Below are positions 27,201 to 33,200 of a DNA stretch of 49,809 bases, in pieces. The notes beneath the pieces were generated by a model. The model did no database searches. It saw only the letters and a list, made by a program, of their open reading frames with translations, and had not been told where the DNA came from. Every line of letters begins with the position of its first letter. Position 1 is the first letter of the stretch. Source of the stretch: Magnetospirillum sp. (GTDB lineage: Bacteria > Pseudomonadota > Alphaproteobacteria > Rhodospirillales > Magnetospirillaceae); assembly GCA_016212565.1 (NCBI GenBank), contig JACRFY010000088.1, positions 1 through 49,809 of the forward strand. Reading direction: 5' to 3'. Made by a program: the position numbers and the translations under genes.

Positions 27201-30200
27201 GCCCGACCACCTGGACGGCGCGGCGCTGCGGATGGACGGCAACGATTACGTCTCCATCACCAACCTGACCGGCCTGAGCACCGGCGGCGGCGCCTTCACC
27301 TACGAGGCCTGGGTGCGGACGGCCGCCACCGGCGCCGAGAATCCCATTCTCGCCGTTGGCGCCAACGGGAACGGCGGGGCCGCCGCATTGTGGCTCTCCG
27401 TGGATGGCAGCCTGCGGGCGCAGATCGACGGCAACAGCGTTTACAGCGTCCCGGCCGCCATTGCCGACGGCACCTGGCACCATGTCGCGGTGTCCTACGG
27501 CGGCAATGGCAGCCAGACGCTGTCCTTCACCGTCGACGGCATCGCCAGCGGCTCCTTCACCAACGTCGCCTCGACCACGGCCGCCGCCATCGTCTCCGGC
27601 GTCGCCCGCATCGGCACCAACCTGACATCGAGCGCCTATTTCGTCGGCGACATCGCCGACGTTCGGGTGTGGGATACCGCCCGCACCACCGCCGAGATCG
27701 CCGCCACCAAGGACACCATCCTCGACCCGGCGAGCAACGGCCACCTGGTCGGCAACTGGCACCTGTCGGAACTGTCCGGCACCACCGTCGCCGACGCCAC
27801 CAACACCGACAACGCCGACAATGCCGGCACGCTGACCGGCGGGACCTGGGTGCACGTCCTCAACGACGGCCCCGTCGCCATCGTCCCGCCGGCCCGGGCG
27901 CTGAACTTCGACGGCGTCGACGACAAGGTGACGGCAACGCTCGCCAGTGGATCGGCCGCCATCAAGACCCTGGAGTGTTGGGCCTCGTTCGACAGCCTGT
28001 CCGACACCCGAACCATCGTCAGCAAGCTCGGCGCCGGAGCCGGATTCGAGATCGTCCTCATGAACGGGGAACTGCGCGTCTACGTCGACAACGCCGACTA
28101 CGGCGGCGGCACCGGCATGGCGCACATACCTGCCTCCGCGCTGGGGACCAGACAGTGGCACCATATTGCCGCCACCCACGATGGCCCCAACAGCATCCTG
28201 CGGCTGTATGTCGACGGCGTCGAAATGGGTACCGCCATGGTGCCGTCGAGCATCGGTGAAACGACTGGGGTAATGATCGGCAATTGGTTCACCAACCGCC
28301 CCTTCGACGGCCAGATCGCCGACGTCCGCGTCTGGTCGGTCGCGCGCAGCGCCGAAGACCTGCGTGCGACGATGAACGAGACCCTGTCGGGCAGCGAGCC
28401 GAACCTGCTCGGCAACTGGCCGCTGGCCAACGATGCCGTCGATATCAAGACCCTGGGGGCCGGCACCGTGACCGGCGGTCCGGGCTTCGTCGACACCACC
28501 GCCGCGGTCTACGACGAGTCCATCACCGTTCACGCCGGCACCGCCTTCAACGGCCATCTCGGCGGGCTCGACGCCGACGGCGCCACCCTGGCGTGGAGCG
28601 CCGGTGCGGCCACCTCGGCGCAGGGCGGAACGCTCGACGTCGGTTCCGGCGGCGTGTTCGTCTACAAGCCGGCCGCCGGCTTCGTCGGCACCGACAGCTT
28701 CACCGTCATCGCCTCCGACGGCGACGCCACCACCAGCAAGGTCATCACCGTCACCGTCGAGAGCGCCCTGACCAATTCCGGCGTCGGAAACGACGCGCCG
28801 ATTGCCGCCAGCGGCAATGTCCCGGTCGGCGGCCAATTGGTGGCCGAGGACGACGGCCGGCCGGTGAGCTGGAACGTCGGCACCACCGCCACCGCCCATG
28901 GCAGCGTCGCCATCGCCGCCGACGGCAGCTTCACCTACACCGCCGCCGACGCCTATGTCGGCGCCGACAGCTTCACCGCCATCGCCACCAGCGACGGCAT
29001 CACCCGCAGCAAGACCATCGCCGTCGCGGTGGAGAACCCGCTGGCGGACATCGGCGCCAGCCATTCCGGCGGGCAGTTGCGCCTCGACGGCGTCGACGAT
29101 GCCGCCGCCACCGCCGATGCCTCGCTCGATGTGTGCGGCAAGTCGTTCAGCTGGGAGTTCTGGGCTCGCCGCGACTCGGCCGCCGGCGACGACATCGTCC
29201 TCAAGCAGGGCACCGCCGCCATCGACGGCGGATTGCAGATCGGCTTCGTCGGCGCCCAGACCTTCCGCTTCGGTTTCTACAACGACGACCTCGATTACAC
29301 CGTGGCCGGCGACACCACCGACACCTGGCAGCATTGGGCCGGCACCTTCGATGCCGCCTCCAACGTCCGCAAGCTGTACCTGAACGGCGCGTTGGTGGCC
29401 GAGAACGTGGCCAACGGCGATTATGTCGGCGGCGGTGCGCTGACGCTGGGCGCCGGCTTCTCCGGCGGCAATTTCGGCGGCCAGCTCGACGATGTCCGCA
29501 TCTGGAGCGGCGTGCGCAGCGGCGCCGAAATCGCCGCCAACCTCGACAACACGGTGGCCGCCAATTCCACCGGCCTGCTGGCCAACTGGACCTTCGACGA
29601 TGTGCACGAGGGGGCGTGGATCGAGGACCGCAGCGCCAACAACCACGACCTGACGCTGGCGGGCGCCGATGGCCGCGCCAGGATCATCGCCCCGCCGGAT
29701 CGGGCGACCGCCTTCGACGGCGGCGAGCTGTTGACCGTCGGCGCCCTGACCACCGGCACCAGCGCCATGACCTACGACGCCTGGATCCACACCGACCAGG
29801 CCACCGGCCGCATGGAGATCCTGACGGCGGGCGACGATGCCGTGGCCAAGAAGGGCCTGGCGTTCACCGTCGACAACGGCCTGCTGCACTTCGACCTCAC
29901 CGGCACCAGCGGGCCGACCGGCGCGACCAATGTCGCCGACGGGGCCTGGCACCATGTGGCGGCGGTCCTGAGCAGCGCCGGCACGGTGTCCCTGTATGTC
30001 GACGGCAAGCTCGACGCGGTCGGCAGTGCCGGCGCCATGGCCGGCTATGCCTTCGACAGCACCGCTGCCGCCGTGTTGGGCGACACCTTCGTCGGCCAGA
30101 TCGCCGAGGCCCGGGTGTGGACCACCGACTTCTCCGCCGACCGGGTGCGCGAGCTGATGAGCGAGCGGATGAGCGGCGGCGAAGCGAACCTGCTCGCCTG

Positions 30201-33200
30201 CTGGCGTCTCGACGGCCCCGCCGGTTCCGGCGCGGTCGACGTGGCCTCGGCCGCCGCTCACGGCGGCGACCAGTCGGGCACGTTGAGCGGCAACGCCGGC
30301 ATCGATCCGACGGTGGTCGAAGCCGAGAAGCCCGGCATCTACGACCTCACCCTGACCACGCGCGAGAACACCGTCCTCCGCGCCACGCTGGCGGCCGACG
30401 AGACCGTCGACGGCCGCAGCGGCACCGTGGCCTGGACCGCGACCAGCGGCACCGGCACCTATGGGACCTATCAGGTGTCGGCCGACGGCACGCTCAGCTA
30501 CACTCCGACCGCGGGCAAGGTCGGCACCGACACCTTCACCCTCTCCGCCGTGGCCGGCGGCGTCACCACCACCCGCACCGTGTCGGTGACCGTCGAGGAT
30601 TCGACCGAGATCCTCGGCGCCAACACCGCCGGCGCCGGCTTGCAGTTCGACGGAATCGACGACAGCGCCAAGACCACCGTGGCCATGGGCACCGCCGGCA
30701 CCATCGAGATTTGGGTGCAGAAGGCGGATTGGAGCCCGGCCACCGACGAATTGATCATCGGCAACGGCCTCCATTGGCAGAGCGACGATCCCCTCTACCT
30801 CAGCATGAACCCGGCCGGCCTGCACTTCCGCTACGGCGGCCAGACGCAAACGGGGCAGCAATCCTACGCCTATAGCGACGCACTGACCTGGGCGCCGCAA
30901 TCGTGGCACCACGTCGCCCTCTCGTGGCAGCAGAGCGGCACTCAGACCCTGTTGACCCTGTATGCCGACGGGACCCAGGTCGCCAGCACCACCACCACCC
31001 TGCAAATCCCCATCGCGGCGCTCGACGAGTGGGTGCTGGGCCAACGCCTGACCACCGGCGGCGACATCAATCAGGGCTGGCTCAACGGCACGCTCGACAA
31101 CATCCGCCTGTGGGGCGACGTCCGCAGCGCCGAGGAAATCGCCGACGGCTACAACCGGGCCACACCGGCGGCGACCGATCACCTGCTGGCCAACTGGGAC
31201 TTCGGCACCACCGGCGCCGTCGACGGTTACGCCAGCGACGGCCACGGCAACAACCTGATCCTGGGCGCCGCATATGCGCCGGAGGCCGGCGACCCGGTGG
31301 TGATCAATCCGCCGCATGCCGCCCTGTCCTTCGACGGCGTCGACGACAGCGTCGACCTCGGCACGGTGGCGTTCGGCGGCGCCTGGGCGGTCGAGGCGTG
31401 GGTTTCCCTCGACAGCGCGACCGGCAGCCCGGTCGTCGCCTCGCTGACCAACGGCGGCGACGCCATGACCCTCGGCTTCGTCGCCGGCAAGCCGACGTTG
31501 GTCCTGGTCGCCGGCGGCCATACCTACGCCCTGACCGGCACCGCCGCGGTGAACGCAAACCAGTGGGTGCACGTGGCCGGCTCGCTCGACGCCAGCGGCA
31601 CTCCCATCCTGGTCGTCAATGGCCAGACCGCGGCCTTCACCGCCACCAAGGACGGCGGCGCGATGAGCCTCGGCGAGACCGTGCCGATGCCGGCCGAGGG
31701 CACCTGGAGCGCCACCCTGGGCAAGGACGACGCAACCGCCTCCGGCTACCTCGACGGCATGATCGCCGACGTGCGGCTGTGGGATCGCACCCGCTCGGTG
31801 TCGGAAATCGCCACCGCCATGAACCAGCGCCTGGCCGGCGACGAGCAAAGCCTGGTCGGCAACTGGCGCCTCGACGACGTCAGCGGCACCAGCGCCGCCA
31901 ATGCCGCCGAGACTCCGCCCGCCGGCACCAGCACCACCGCCACCATCAGCGGCGCCACCGTGGTGATGCTGAAGCCGGTCGCGGTCGACAAGGCCTTGAG
32001 CGTCAACGAAGACACCACCATCCGCGGCACGCTGGTCGGCAGCGACGACGAGGACCAGGCTTTGATCTGGTCGGCGGGCTCGGCCACCTCGGCCCACGGC
32101 GGCAGCGTGGTGGTCAACAGCGACGGCACCTTCGCCTACACCCCGGCGGCCAATTATTACGGCAACGACAGCTTCACCGTCGCCGCCCACGAGCTGGGCA
32201 CCACGGCGACCGACACCACCAGGACCATCACCGTCACCGTGCAGCCGACCAACGGGGCGACCGCCTCGACCTGGACGGGGGCCGTCGACTCCACCTGGAG
32301 CACGTCCGCCAACTGGAGCAATGGGGCTCCGGGCGAGGACACGCTGGTCACCGTCGTCAACACCGCCGCCGCCCTCACCCAGGGAACCGGGATTGCCGGT
32401 CTGGCCGTGTCCGGCACCAACGGCGCGGTGCAGATCTCGGCCGGAACCCTGCGCATCGGCGGCGGCGATCTCACCGTCGGCACCGGTGCCGAACTGCGCC
32501 TGAGCGGCGGCAACATCGAGACCCTCGCCGGCTCGGTGGCCAGCAGCGGCGATCTGGTCGTCGACAGCGACGCCACCATCACCGTCGCCGCCGGGGAGGC
32601 TCTATCCCTGACCGGCGGCACCGTCGATGTGGCCCTGGGCAAGACCCTGACCGTTGCCGGCGCGGGCACCGTCAACCTGTCGGGCGATATCGCCTGGGCC
32701 GACGAGGGCGATGTCGACCTCAGCGGCAGCCACACCCTGCACCTCGCCACCGGCGGCGTCACTTTGCATGCCACCCCGGCGGATGCCGGCCGGATCCTGT
32801 TCTCCGGCGCCATCACCGTCACCGGCGGAACGCTGACCAACGACCGCACGCTGTCGCTGTCGGGCGCCGACGACGTCTTCCAGGCCGCGGTGGTCAACAC
32901 CGGGGGGCTGCGCGTGATCGACGACGGCAGCGCTGCCAACGTGCTGTTCGACGGCGGCCTTACCAACAGCGACACCATCGAATTGACCGGCACCACCGAC
33001 GCCGCCAGACTCAGCCTGGGCAGCGGCGACGTCCTCAGCAATGCCGGCACCGGCCGGATCGAGGTCTCCGGCACCCATGCCGAGATCGCCGGCATCCTCG
33101 CCAACGCCGGCACCGTCGACCTCAACCACGCCGGCACGCTGACCTTGGCGGCGGGTTCGACCTTCACCAACGCCGCCGGGGCGACCATCCTCGGCGCCGA

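Larger units (their letters stand above)
11620..31880 (+). other. Array of ~23 LamG / concanavalin-A-like (Laminin_G_3-type) domains interspersed with ~13 Ig/cadherin-like modules
   Basis: The LamG_3 signature recurs: ..F(D/N)G..D.......(T/S)(V/F/I)E.W(I/V).......W(H/Q)H(V/I)A......(L/V)Y(V/I)DG......G.(I/M/L)(A/D)(D/E).R(L/V/I)W..(A/V)R(S/T)..EI......L.G.E.GL.(G/A)(Y/N)W.(L/F)D(D/E). Motif positions are near nt 15570, 16540, 17400, 19090, 19730, 20370, 21030, 21720, 22610, 23220, 23900, 24830, 25440, 26110, 27030, 27650, 28320, 29490, 30100, 31100 and 31770. Two degenerate copies end near 12100 and 14330. Confidence 0.8.

Noticed and set aside
7690-31880. Diversity-generating retroelement (template/variable repeat) acting on the duplicated PD40 or LamG units
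   Set aside because: The window has no reverse transcriptase gene. The differences I inspected between repeat copies showed no obvious adenine bias.
25816-32190. 2,124-aa minus-strand ORF, and similar long antisense ORFs at 21238..23712 (824 aa), 32602..35286 (894 aa) and 23812..25314 (500 aa), inside the giant gene
   Set aside because: Their translations are monotonous G/A/D/V/R strings with no domain signatures. They lie antisense to a frame with clear domain content. High GC with G/C-ending codons suppresses stop codons on the opposite strand, so long open frames there are expected by chance.
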